Part shown: positions 1-12,138 of the stretch, piece by piece
Layout: the number at the start of each line of letters is the position of its first letter
How positions within the stretch are numbered: the first letter of the stretch is position 1
From: Auanema rhodensis
Taxonomy: Eukaryota; Animalia; Nematoda
Assembly: GCA_964057225.1 (NCBI GenBank)
Contig: OZ059900.1
Location: 8,122,001-8,186,000 of the forward strand
DNA length: 64,000 bases
Direction: 5' to 3'
Notes under the pieces: model-generated
What the model was told of the DNA's origin: nothing
The model's input: only the letters and a program-made list of their open reading frames with translations
Database searches by the model: none
Program-made: the position numbers and the translations under genes

Positions 1-142
1 TATTTTTTTCTTCTAAAACGACTAAATGTATGAAATACTGTCATAGAATGTTCATATAGGTGTATTTTGCACGAATATCAAAACTGATTGAAATATGGGC
101 CTTTTTATGCTCAAAACGCCATATATTCAACGATTTTGGGTA

Positions 143-169
143 CAAAACATGTGAAAACTGTATGTTTTG
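143..169. other. Perfect 8-bp inverted repeat (caaaacat / atgttttg) with 11-nt spacer, present once per monomer
   Basis: 143-150 caaaacat is the exact reverse complement of 162-169 atgttttg. Confidence 0.9.
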
Positions 170-227
170 ATCAGACCCTTTGAGATATGGATTTGAAATT
201 CAGGACTCATAAACTTTGACTATTTTT

Positions 228-239
228 ACATATATATGT
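228..239. other. Perfect 12-bp palindrome acatatatatgt, once per monomer
   Basis: The sequence is its own reverse complement. It is disrupted in rare copies (2-bp deletion ~41648; acataaatatgt ~56605). Confidence 0.9.
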
Positions 240-253
240 CCAATTTCAACCAC

Positions 254-273
254 TTTGGTCAAAAAGGACCGAA
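254..273. other. Imperfect 7-bp dyad tttggtc-aaaaag-gaccgaa, once per monomer
   Basis: The reverse complement of tttggtc is gaccaaa versus the observed gaccgaa (6/7), with a 6-nt spacer. Confidence 0.7.
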
Positions 274-3200
274 AATATCAAGAATTATTGGTTTTTTGGG
301 GTTTGAAGGGCATTTTGGCTGAATCAGTCAAACTTTTGATCTTAAGCATATTTTTTTCTTCTAAAACGACTAAATGTATGAAATACTGTCATAGAATGTT
401 GATATAGGTGTATTTTGCACGAATATCAAAACTGATTGAAATATGGGCCTTTTTATGCTCAAAACGCCATATATTCAACGATTTTGGGTACAAAACATGT
501 GAAAACTGTATGTTTTGATCAGACCCTTTGAGATATGGATTTGGAATTGAGGATTCATAAACTTTGACTATTTTTACATATATATGTTCAATTTTAACCA
601 CTTTGGTCAAAAAGGACCGAAAATATCAAGAATTATTGGTTTTTTGGGGTTTGAAGGGCATTTTGGCAAAATCAGTCAAACTTTTGATCTTAAGCATCTT
701 TTTTTCTTCTAAAACGACTAAATGTATGAAATACTGTCATAGATTGTTCATATAGGTGTATTTTGCACGAATATCAAAACTGATTGAAATATGGGCCTTT
801 TTATGCTCCAAACGCCATATATTCAACGATTTTGAGTACAAAACATGTGAAAACTGTATGTTTTGATCAGACCCTTTGAGATATGGATTTGAAATTCAGG
901 ATTCATAAACTTTGACTATTATTACATATATATGTCCAATTTTAACCACTTTGGTCAAAAAGGACCGAAAATATCAAGAATTATTGGTTTTTTGGAGTTT
1001 GAAGGGCATTTTGGCTAAATCAGTCAAACTTTTGATCTTAAGCATATTTTTTTCTTCTAAAACGACTAAATGTATGAAATACTGTCATAGAATGTTCATA
1101 TAGGTGTATTTTGCACGAATATCAAAACTGATTGAAATATGGGCCTTTTTATGCTCAAAACGCCATATATTCAACGATTTTGGGTACAAAACATGTGAAA
1201 ACTGTATGTTTTGATCAGACCCTTTGAGATATGGATTTGAAATTCAGGATTCATAAACTTTGACTATTTTTACATATATATGTCCAATTTTAACCACTTT
1301 GGTCAAAAAGGACCGAAAATATCAAGAATTATTGGTTTTTTGGGGTTTGAAGGGCATTTTGGCAAAATCAGTCAAACTTTTGATCTTAAGCATATTTTTT
1401 TCTTCTAAAACGACTAAATGTATGAAATACTGTCATAGAATGTTCATATAGGTGTATTTTGCACGAATATCAAAACTGATTGAAATATGGGCCTTTTTAT
1501 GCTCAAAACGCCATATATTCAACGATTTTGGGTACAAAACATGTGAAAACTGTATGTTTTGATCAGACCCTTTGAGATATGGATTTGAAATTCAGGACTC
1601 ATAAACTTTGACTATTTTTACATATATATGTTCAATTGTAACCACTTTGGTCAAAAAGGACCGAAAATATCAAGAATTATTGGTTTTTTGGGGTTTGAAG
1701 GGCATTTTGGCTAAATCAGTCAAACTTTTGTTCTTAAGCATATTTTTTTCTTCTAAAACGACTAAATGTATGAAATACTGTCATAGAATGTTCATATAGG
1801 TGTATTTTGCACGAATATCAAAACTGATTGAAATATGGGCCTTTTTATGCTCAAAACGCCATATATTCAACGATTTTGGGTACAAAACATGTGAAAACTG
1901 TATGTTTTGATCAGACCCTTTGAGATATGGATTTGGAATTCAGGATTCATAAACTTTGACTATTTTTACATATATATGTTCAATTTTAACCACTTTGGTC
2001 AAAAAGGACCGAAAATATCAAGAATTATTGGTTTTTTGGGGTTTGAAGGGCATTTTGGCTAAATCAGTCAAACTTTTGTTCTTAAGCATATTTTTTTCTT
2101 CTAAAACGACTAAATGTATGAAATACTGTCATAGAATGTTCATATAGGTGTATTTTGCACGAATATCAAAACTGATTGAAATATGGGCCTTTTTATGCTC
2201 AAAACGCCATATATTCAACGATTTTGGGTACAAAACATGTGAAAACTGTATGTTTTGATCAGACCCTTTGAGATATGGATTTGGAATTCAGGATTCATAA
2301 ACTTTGACTATTTTTACATATATATGTTCAATTTTAACCACTTTGGTCAAAAAGGACCGAAAATATCAAGAATTATTGGTTTTTTGGGGTTTGGAGGGCA
2401 TTTTGGCTAAATCAGTCAAACTTTTGATCTTAAGCATATTTTTTTTTTCTAAAACGACTAAATGTATGAAATACTGTCATAGAATGTTCATATAGGTGTA
2501 TTTTGCACGAATATCAAAACTGATTGAAATATGGGCCTTTTTATGCTCAAAACGCCATATATTCAACGATTTTGGGTACAAAACATGTGAAAACTGTATG
2601 TTTTGATCAGACCCTTTGAGATATGGACTTGAAATTCAGGATTCATAAACTTTGACTATTTTTACATATATATGTTCAATTGTAACCACTTTGGTCAAAA
2701 AGGACCGAAAATATCAAGAATTATTGGTTTTTTGGGGTTTGAAGGGCATTTTGGCTAAATCAGTCAAACTTTTGATCTTAAGCATATTTTTTTCTTCTAA
2801 AACGACTAAATGTATGAAATACTGTCATAGAATGTTGATATAGGTGTATTTTGCACGAATATCAAAACTGATTGAAATATGGGCCTTTTTATGCTCAAAA
2901 CGCCATATATTCAACGATTTTGGGTACAAAACATGTGAAAACTGTATGTTTTGATCAGACCCTTGAAGATATGGATTTGGAATTCAGGATTCATAAACTT
3001 TGACTATTTTTACATATATATGTTCAATTTTAACCACTTTGGTCAAAAAGGACCGAAAATATCAAGAATTATTGGTTTTTTGGGGTTTGAAGGGCATTTT
3101 GGCAAAATCAGTCAAACTTTTGATCTTAAGCATTTTTTTTCTTCTAAAACGACTAAATGTATGAAATACTGTCATAGATTGTTCATATAGGTGTATTTTG

Positions 3201-6200
3201 CACGAATATCAAAACTGATTGAAATATGGGCCTTTTTATGCTCCAAACGCCATATATTCAACGATTTTGAGTACAAAACATGTGAAAACTGTATGTTTTG
3301 ATCAGACCCTTTGAGATATGGATTTGAAATTCAGGATTCATAAACTTTGACTATTATTACATATATATGTCCAATTTTAACCACTTTGGTCAAAAAGGAC
3401 CGAAAATATCAAGAATTATTGGTTTTTTGGGGTTTGAAGGGCATTTTGGCTAAATCAGTCAAACTTTTGATCTTAAGCATATTTTTTTCTTCTAAAACGA
3501 CTAAATGTATGAAATACTGTCATAGAATGTTCATATAGGTGTATTTTGCACGAATATCAAAACTGATTGAAATATGGGCCTTTTTATGCTCAAAACGCCA
3601 TATATTCAACGATTTTGGGTACAAAACATGTGAAAACTGTATGTTTTGATCAGACCCTTTGAGATATGGATTTGAAATTCAGGACTCATAAACTTTGACT
3701 ATTTTTACATATATATGTCCAATTTCAACCACTTTGGTCAAAAAGGACCGAAAATATCAAGAATTATTGGTTTTTTGGGGTTTGAAGGGCATTTTGGCTG
3801 AATCAGTCAAACTTTTGATCTTAAGCATATTTTTTTCTTCTAAAACGACTAAATGTATGAAATACTGTCATAGAATGTTGATATAGGTGTATTTTGCACG
3901 AATATCAAAACTGATTGAAATATGGGCCTTTTTATGCTCAAAACGCCATATATTCAACGATTTTGGGTACAAAACATGTGAAAACTGTATGTTTTGATCA
4001 GACCCTTTGAGATATGGATTTGGAATTGAGGATTCATAAACTTTGACTATTTTTACATATATATGTTCAATTTTAACCACTTTGGTCAAAAAGGACCGAA
4101 AATATCAAGAATTATTGGTTTTTTGGGGTTTGAAGGGCATTTTGGCAAAATCAGTCAAACTTTTGATCTTAAGCATTTTTTTTTCTTCTAAAACGACTGA
4201 ATGTATGAAATACTGTCATAGATTGTTCATATAGGTGTATTTTGCACGAATATCAAAACTGATTGAAATATGGGCCTTTTTATGCTCCAAACGCCATATA
4301 TTCAACGATTTTGAGTACAAAACATGTGAAAACTGTATGTTTTGATCAGACCCTTTGAGATATGGATTTGAAATTCAGGATTCATAAACTTTGACTATTA
4401 TTACATATATATGTCCAATTTTAACCACTTTGGTCAAAAAGGACCGAAAATATCAAGAATTATTGGTTTTTTGGAGTTTGAAGGGCATTTTGGCTAAATC
4501 AGTCAAACTTTTGATCTTAAGCATATTTTTTTCTTCTAAAACGACTAAATGTATGAAATACTGTCATAGAATGTTCATATAGGTGTATTTTGCACGAATA
4601 TCAAAACTGATTGAAATATGGGCCTTTTTATGCTCAAAACGCCATATATTCAACGATTTTGGGTACAAAACATGTGAAAACTGTATGTTTTGATCAGACC
4701 CTTTGAGATATGGATTTGAAATTCAGGATTCATAAACTTTGACTATTTTTACATATATATGTCCAATTTTAACCACTTTGGTCAAAAAGGACCGAAAATA
4801 TCAAGAATTATTGGTTTTTTGGGGTTTGAAGGGCATTTTGGCAAAATCAGTCAAACTTTTGATCTTAAGCATATTTTTTTCTTCTAAAACGACTAAATGT
4901 ATGAAATACTGTCATAGAATGTTCATATAGGTGTATTTTGCACGAATATCAAAACTGATTGAAATATGGGCCTTTTTATGCTCAAAACGCCATATATTCA
5001 ACGATTTTGGGTACAAAACATGTGAAAACTGTATGTTTTGATCAGACCCTTTGAGATATGGATTTGAAATTCAGGACTCATAAACTTTGACTATTTTTAC
5101 ATATATATGTTCAATTGTAACCACTTTGGTCAAAAAGGACCGAAAATATCAAGAATTATTGGTTTTTTGAGGTTTGAAGGGCATTTTGGCAAAATCAGTC
5201 AAACTTTTGATCTTAAGCATATTTTTTTCTTCTAAAACGACTAAATGTATGAAATACTGTCATAGAATGTTCATATAGGTGTATTTTGCACGAATATCAA
5301 AACTGATTGAAATATGGGCCTTTTTATGCTCAAAACGCCATATATTCAACGATTTTGGGTACAAAACATGTGAAAACTGTATGTTTTGATCAGACCCTTT
5401 GAGATATGGATTTGAAATTCAGGATTCATAAACTTTGACTATTTTTACATATATATGTCCAATTTTAACCACTTTGGTCAAAAAGGACCGAAAATATCAA
5501 GAATTATTGGTTTTTTGGGGTTTGAAGGGCATTTTGGCAAAATCAGTCAAACTTTTGATCTTAAGCATATTTTTTTCTTCTAAAACGACTAAATGTATGA
5601 AATACTGTCATAGAATGTTCATATAGGTGTATTTTGCACGAATATCAAAACTGATTGAAATATGGGCCTTTTTATGCTCAAAACGCCATATATTCAACGA
5701 TTTTGGGTACAAAACATGTGAAAACTGTATGTTTTGATCAGACCCTTTGAGATATGGATTTGGAATTCAGGATTCATAAACTTTGACTATTTTTACATAT
5801 ATATGTTCAATTTTAACCACTTTGGTCAAAAAGGACCGAAAATATCAAGAATTATTGGTTTTTTGGGGTTTGAAGGGCATTTTGGCTAAATCAGTCAAAC
5901 TTTTGTTCTTAAGCATATTTTTTTCTTCTAAAACGACTAAATGTATGAAATACTGTCATAGAATGTTCATATAGGTGTATTTTGCACGAATATCAAAACT
6001 GATTGAAATATGGGCCTTTTTATGCTCAAAACGCCATATATTCAACGATTTTGGGTACAAAACATGTGAAAACTGTATGTTTTGATCAGACCCTTTGAGA
6101 TATGGATTTGGAATTCAGGATTCATAAACTTTGACTATTTTTACATATATATGTTCAATTTTAACCACTTTGGTCAAAAAGGACCGAAAATATCAAGAAT

Positions 6201-7169
6201 TATTGGTTTTTTGGGGTTTGAAGGGCATTTTGGCTAAATCAGTCAAACTTTTGATCTTAAGCATATTTTTTTTTTCTAAAACGACTAAATGTATGAAATA
6301 CTGTCATAGAATGTTCATATAGGTGTATTTTGCACGAATATCAAAACTGATTGAAATATGGGCCTTTTTATGTTCAAAACGCCATATATTCAACGATTTT
6401 GGGTACAAAACATGTGAAAACTGTATGTTTTGATCAGACCCTTTGAGATATGGATTTGAAATTCAGGATTCATAAACTTTGACTATTTTTACATATATAT
6501 GTCCAATTTTAACCACTTTGGTCAAAAAGGACCGAAAATATCAAGAATTATTGGTTTTTTGGGGTTTGAAGGGCATTTTGGCTAAATCAGTCAAACTTTT
6601 GATCTTAAGCATATTTTTTTCTTCTAAAACGACTAAATGTATGAAATACTGTCATAGAATGTTCATATAGGTGTATTTTGCACGAATATCAAAACTGATT
6701 GAAATATGGGCCTTTTTATGTTCAAAACGCCATATATTCAACGATTTTGGGTACAAAACATGTGAAAACTGTATGTTTTGATTAGACCCTTTGAGATATG
6801 GATTTGAAATTCAGGATTCATAAACTTTGACTATTTTTACATATATATGTCCAATTTTAACCACTTTGGTCAAAAAGGATCGAAAATATCAAGAATTATT
6901 GGTTTTTTGGGGTTTGAAGGGCATTTTGGCAAAATCAGTCAAACTTTTGATCTTAAGCATATTTTTTTTTTCTAAAACGACTAAATGTATGAAATACTGT
7001 CAAAGAATGTTCATATAGGTGTATTTTGCACGAATATCAAAACTGATTGAAATATGGGCCTTCTTATGCTCAAAACGCCATATATTCAACGATTTTGGGT
7101 ACAAAACATGTGAAAACTGTATGTTTTGATCAGACCCTTTGAGATATGGATTTGAAATTCAGGATTCAT

Positions 7170-8800
7170 AAACTTTGACTATTATTACATATATATGTCC
7201 AATTTTAACCACTTTGGTCAAAAAGGACCGAAAATATCAAGAATTATTGGTTTTTTGGAGTTTGAAGGGCATTTTGGCTAAATCAGTCAAACTTTTGATC
7301 TTAAGCATATTTTTTTCTTCTAAAACGACTAAATGTATGAAATACTGTCATAGAATGTTCATATAGGTGTATTTTGCACGAATATCAAAACTGATTGAAA
7401 TATGGGCCTTTTTATGCTCAAAACGCCATATATTCAACGATTTTGGGTACAAAACATGTGAAAACTGTATGTTTTGATCAGACCCTTTGAGATATGGATT
7501 TGAAATTCAGGATTCATAAACTTTGACTATTTTTACATATATATGTCCAATTTTAACCACTTTGGTCAAAAAGGACCGAAAATATCAAGAATTATTGGTT
7601 TTTTGGGGTTTGAAGGGCATTTTGGCAAAATCAGTCAAACTTTTGATCTTAAGCATATTTTTTTCTTCTAAAACGACTAAATGTATGAAATACTGTCATA
7701 GAATGTTCATATAGGTGTATTTTGCACGAATATCAAAACTGATTGAAATATGGGCCTTTTTATGCTCAAAACGCCATATATTCAACGATTTTGGGTACAA
7801 AACATGTGAAAACTGTATGTTTTGATCAGACCCTTTGAGATATGGATTTGAAATTCAGGACTCATAAACTTTGACTATTTTTACATATATATGTTCAATT
7901 GTAACCACTTTGGTCAAAAAGGACCGAAAATATCAAGAATTATTGGTTTTTTGGGGTTTGAAGGGCATTTTGGCTAAATCAGTCAAACTTTTGTTCTTAA
8001 GCATATTTTTTTCTTCTAAAACGACTAAATGTATGAAATACTGTCATAGAATGTTCATATAGGTGTATTTTGCACGAATATCAAAACTGATTGAAATATG
8101 GGCCTTTTTATGCTCAAAACGCCATATATTCAACGATTTTGGGTACAAAACATGTGAAAACTGTATGTTTTGATCAGACCCTTTGAGATATGGATTTGGA
8201 ATTCAGGATTCATAAACTTTGACTATTTTTACATATATATGTTCAATTTTAACCACTTTGGTCAAAAAGGACCGAAAATATCAAGAATTATTGGTTTTTT
8301 GGGGTTTGAAGGGCATTTTGGCTAAATCAGTCAAACTTTTGTTCTTAAGCATATTTTTTTCTTCTAAAACGACTAAATGTATGAAATACTGTCATAGAAT
8401 GTTCATATAGGTGTATTTTGCACGAATATCAAAACTGATTGAAATATGGGCCTTTTTATGCTCAAAACGCCATATATTCAACGATTTTGGGTACAAAACA
8501 TGTGAAAACTGTATGTTTTGATCAGACCCTTTGAGATATGGATTTGGAATTCAGGATTCATAAACTTTGACTATTTTTACATATATATGTTCAATTTTAA
8601 CCACTTTGGTCAAAAAGGACCGAAAATATCAAGAATTATTGGTTTTTTGGGGTTTGAAGGGCATTTTGGCTAAATCAGTCAAACTTTTGATCTTAAGCAT
8701 ATTTTTTTTTTCTAAAACGACTAAATGTATGAAATACTGTCATAGAATGTTCATATAGGTGTATTTTGCACGAATATCAAAACTGATTGAAATATGGGCC
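7170..8800. repeat. Higher-order block B (5 monomers), copy of ~910-2540
   Basis: ORF-track variant order at 912, 1260, 1608, 1956, 2304 is repeated at 7175, 7523, 7871, 8219, 8567 (offset 6263 = 18 monomers-1), including ggagtt, ttgttct x2 and the T10 tract. Confidence 0.85.
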
Positions 8801-11800
8801 TTTTTATGTTCAAAACGCCATATATTCAACGATTTTGGGTACAAAACATGTGAAAACTGTATGTTTTGATTAGACCCTTTGAGATATGGATTTGAAATTC
8901 AGGATTCATAAACTTTGACTATTTTTACATATATATGTCCAATTTTAACCACTTTGGTCAAAAAGGATCGAAAATATCAAGAATTATTGGTTTTTTGGGG
9001 TTTGAAGGGCATTTTGGCAAAATCAGTCAAACTTTTGATGTTAAGCATATTTTTTTTTTCTAAAACGACTAAATGTATGAAATACTGTCAAAGAATGTTC
9101 ATATAGGTGTATTTTGCACGAATATCAAAACTGATTGAAATATGGGCCTTTTTATGCTCAAAACGCCATATATTCAACGATTTTGGGTACAAAACATGTG
9201 AAAACTGTATGTTTTGATCAGACCCTTTGAGATATGGATTTGAAATTCAGGATTCATAAACTTTGACTATTTTTACATATATATGTCCAATTTTAACCAC
9301 TTTGGTCAAAAAGGACCGAAAATATCAAGAATTATTGGTTTTTTGGGGTTTGAAGGGCATTTTGGCTAAATCAGTCAAACTTTTGATCTTAAGCATATTT
9401 TTTTCTTCTAAAACGACTAAATGTATGAAATACTGTCATAGAATGTTCATATAGGTGTATTTTGCACGAATATCAAAACTGATTGAAATATGGGCCTTTT
9501 TATGCTCAAAACGCCATATATTCAACGATTTTGGGTACAAAACATGTGAAAACTGTATGTTTTGATCAGACCCTTTGAGATATGGATTTGAAATTCAGGA
9601 TTCATAAACTTTGACTATTTTTACATATATATGTCCAATTTTAACAACTTTGGTCAAAAAGGACCGAAAATATCAAGAATTATTGGTTTTTTGGGGATTG
9701 AAGGGCATTTTGGCAAAATCAGTCAAACTTTTGATCTTAAGCATATTTTTTTCTTCTAAAACGACTAAATGTATGAAATACTGTCATAGAATGTTCATAT
9801 AGGTGTATTTTGCACGAATATCAAAACTGATTGAAATATGGGCCTTTTTATGCTCAAAACGCCATATATTCAACGATTTTGGGTACAAAACATGTGAAAA
9901 CTGTATGTTTTGATCAGACCCTTTGAGATATGGATTTGGAATTGAGGATTCATAAACTTTGACTATTTTTACATATATATGTTCAATTTTAACCACTTTG
10001 GTCAAAAAGGACCGAAAATATCAAGAATTATTGGTTTTTTGGGGTTTGAAGGGCATTTTGGCAAAATCAGTCAAACTTTTGATCTTAAGCATTTTTTTTT
10101 CTTCTAAAACGACTAAATGTATGAAATACTGTCATAGAATGTTCATATAGGTGTATTTTGCACGAATATCAAAACTGATTGAAATATGGGCCTTTTTATG
10201 CTCAAAACGCCATATATTCAACGATTTTGGGTACAAAACATGTGAAAACTGTATGTTTTGATCAGACCCTTTGAGATATGGATTTGAAATTCAGGACTCA
10301 TAAACTTTGACTATTTTTACATATATATGTCCAATTTCAACCACTTTGGTCAAAAAGGACCGAAAATATCAAGAATTATTGGTTTTTTGGGGTTTGAAGG
10401 GCATTTTGGCTGAATCAGTCAAACTTTTGATCTTAAGCATATTTTTTTCTTCTAAAACGACTAAATGTATGAAATACTGTCATAGAATGTTGATATAGGT
10501 GTATTTTGCACGAATATCAAAACTGATTGAAATATGGGCCTTTTTATGCTCAAAACGCCATATATTCAACGATTTTGGGTACAAAACATGTGAAAACTGT
10601 ATGTTTTGATCAGACCCTTTGAGATATGGATTTGGAATTGAGGATTCATAAACTTTGACTATTTTTACATATATATGTTCAATTTTAACCACTTTGGTCA
10701 AAAAGGACCGAAAATATCAAGAATTATTGGTTTTTTGGGGTTTGAAGGGCATTTTGGCAAAATCAGTCAAACTTTTGATCTTAAGCATTTTTTTTTCTTC
10801 TAAAACGACTAAATGTATGAAATACTGTCATAGATTGTTCATATAGGTGTATTTTGCACGAATATCAAAACTGATTGAAATATGGGCCTTTTTATGCTCC
10901 AAACGCCATATATTCAACGATTTTGAGTACAAAACATGTGAAAACTGTATGTTTTGATCAGACCCTTTGAGATATGGATTTGAAATTCAGGATTCATAAA
11001 CTTTGACTATTATTACATATATATGTCCAATTTTAACCACTTTGGTCAAAAAGGACCGAAAATATCAAGAATTATTGGTTTTTTGGAGTTTGAAGGGCAT
11101 TTTGGCTAAATCAGTCAAACTTTTGATCTTAAGCATATTTTTTTCTTCTAAAACGACTAAATGTATGAAATACTGTCATAGAATGTTCATATAGGTGTAT
11201 TTTGCACGAATATCAAAACTGATTGAAATATGGGCCTTTTTATGCTCAAAACGCCATATATTCAACGATTTTGGGTACAAAACATGTGAAAACTGTATGT
11301 TTTGATCAGACCCTTTGAGATATGGATTTGAAATTCAGGATTCATAAACTTTGACTATTTTTACATATATATGTCCAATTTTAACCACTTTGGTCAAAAA
11401 GGACCGAAAATATCAAGAATTATTGGTTTTTTGGGGTTTGAAGGGCATTTTGGCAAAATCAGTCAAACTTTTGATCTTAAGCATATTTTTTTCTTCTAAA
11501 ACGACTAAATGTATGAAATACTGTCATAGAATGTTCATATAGGTGTATTTTGCACGAATATCAAAACTGATTGAAATATGGGCCTTTTTATGCTCAAAAC
11601 GCCATATATTCAACGATTTTGGGTACAAAACATGTGAAAACTGTATGTTTTGATCAGACCCTTTGAGATATGGATTTGAAATTCAGGACTCATAAACTTT
11701 GACTATTTTTACATATATATGTTCAATTGTAACCACTTTGGTCAAAAAGGACCGAAAATATCAAGAATTATTGGTTTTTTGGGGATTAAAGGGCATTTTG

Positions 11801-12138
11801 GCAAAATCAGTCAAACTTTTGATCTTAAGCATATTTTTTTCTTCTAAAACGAATAAAAATGTATGAAATACTGTCATAGAATGTTCATATAGGTGTATTT
11901 TGCACGAATATCAAAACTGATTGAAATATGGGCCTTTTTATGTTCAAAACGCCATATATTCAACGATTTTGGGTACAAAACATGTGAAAACTGTATGTTT
12001 TGATCAGACCCTTTGAGATATGGATTTGAAATTCAGGATTCCTAAACTTTGACTATTTTTACATATATATGTCCAATTTTAACCACTTTGGTCAAAAAGG
12101 ACCGAAAATATCAAGAATTATTGGTTTTTTGGGGATTA

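Larger units (their letters stand above)
1..348. repeat. Representative monomer (arbitrary phase set by the window start)
   Basis: tatttttttcttctaaaacg...ttttgatcttaagca, then restarts at 349. 109/348 G+C by hand count, many A/T tracts of 4-7 nt, five CpGs (19, 72, 117, 131, 270). Confidence 0.98.
200..1690. repeat. Higher-order block A (~4.5-5 monomers), copy 1; further copies at ~3680-5165 and ~10290-11780
   Basis: The same ordered series of variants (gactc/tttcaac/ggctgaa/gttgata; ggaattgagg/agattg/ctccaaa/tgagtac; attatta/ggagtt; near-consensus; gactc/ttgtaac) recurs at offsets +3479 (10 monomers-1) and +10091 (29 monomers-1). Confidence 0.88.

Noticed and set aside
1-348. 5S rDNA, tRNA or spliced-leader/snRNA tandem unit
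   Set aside because: The unit length is compatible, but I recognise no 5S sequence, tRNA cloverleaf, Pol III A/B/C boxes or SL exon, and there is no GC-richer gene-like segment. An Rfam/Infernal scan would be the decisive test.
1-348. CENP-B box or telomeric repeats
   Set aside because: No TTCG-N4-A-N2-CGGG motif was seen on either strand. ttttgggg occurs once per monomer, not as a tandem telomeric tract.
1-348. Assignment to a named ~350-bp plant or insect satellite family
   Set aside because: Monomer length alone is not diagnostic, and I cannot verify sequence identity without a database search.
216-407. Recurrent 63-aa + strand ORF (MTIFTYIC...) as a tandem multi-copy gene
   Set aside because: It starts at TTG rather than ATG. 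The start is lost (TCG) in many copies, and premature stops (~5170, ~19430, ~27435, ~35742, ~40636) and frameshifts occur. Many variants are non-synonymous, and there is no recognisable domain. It recurs only because the DNA repeats.
389-610. 70-73-aa minus-strand ORFs, 65-79-aa alternative-frame ORFs and 87-100-aa read-through ORFs (e.g. 15181-15483)
   Set aside because: Each arises when a single substitution or indel removes a stop codon in a few copies, as expected by chance in a satellite.
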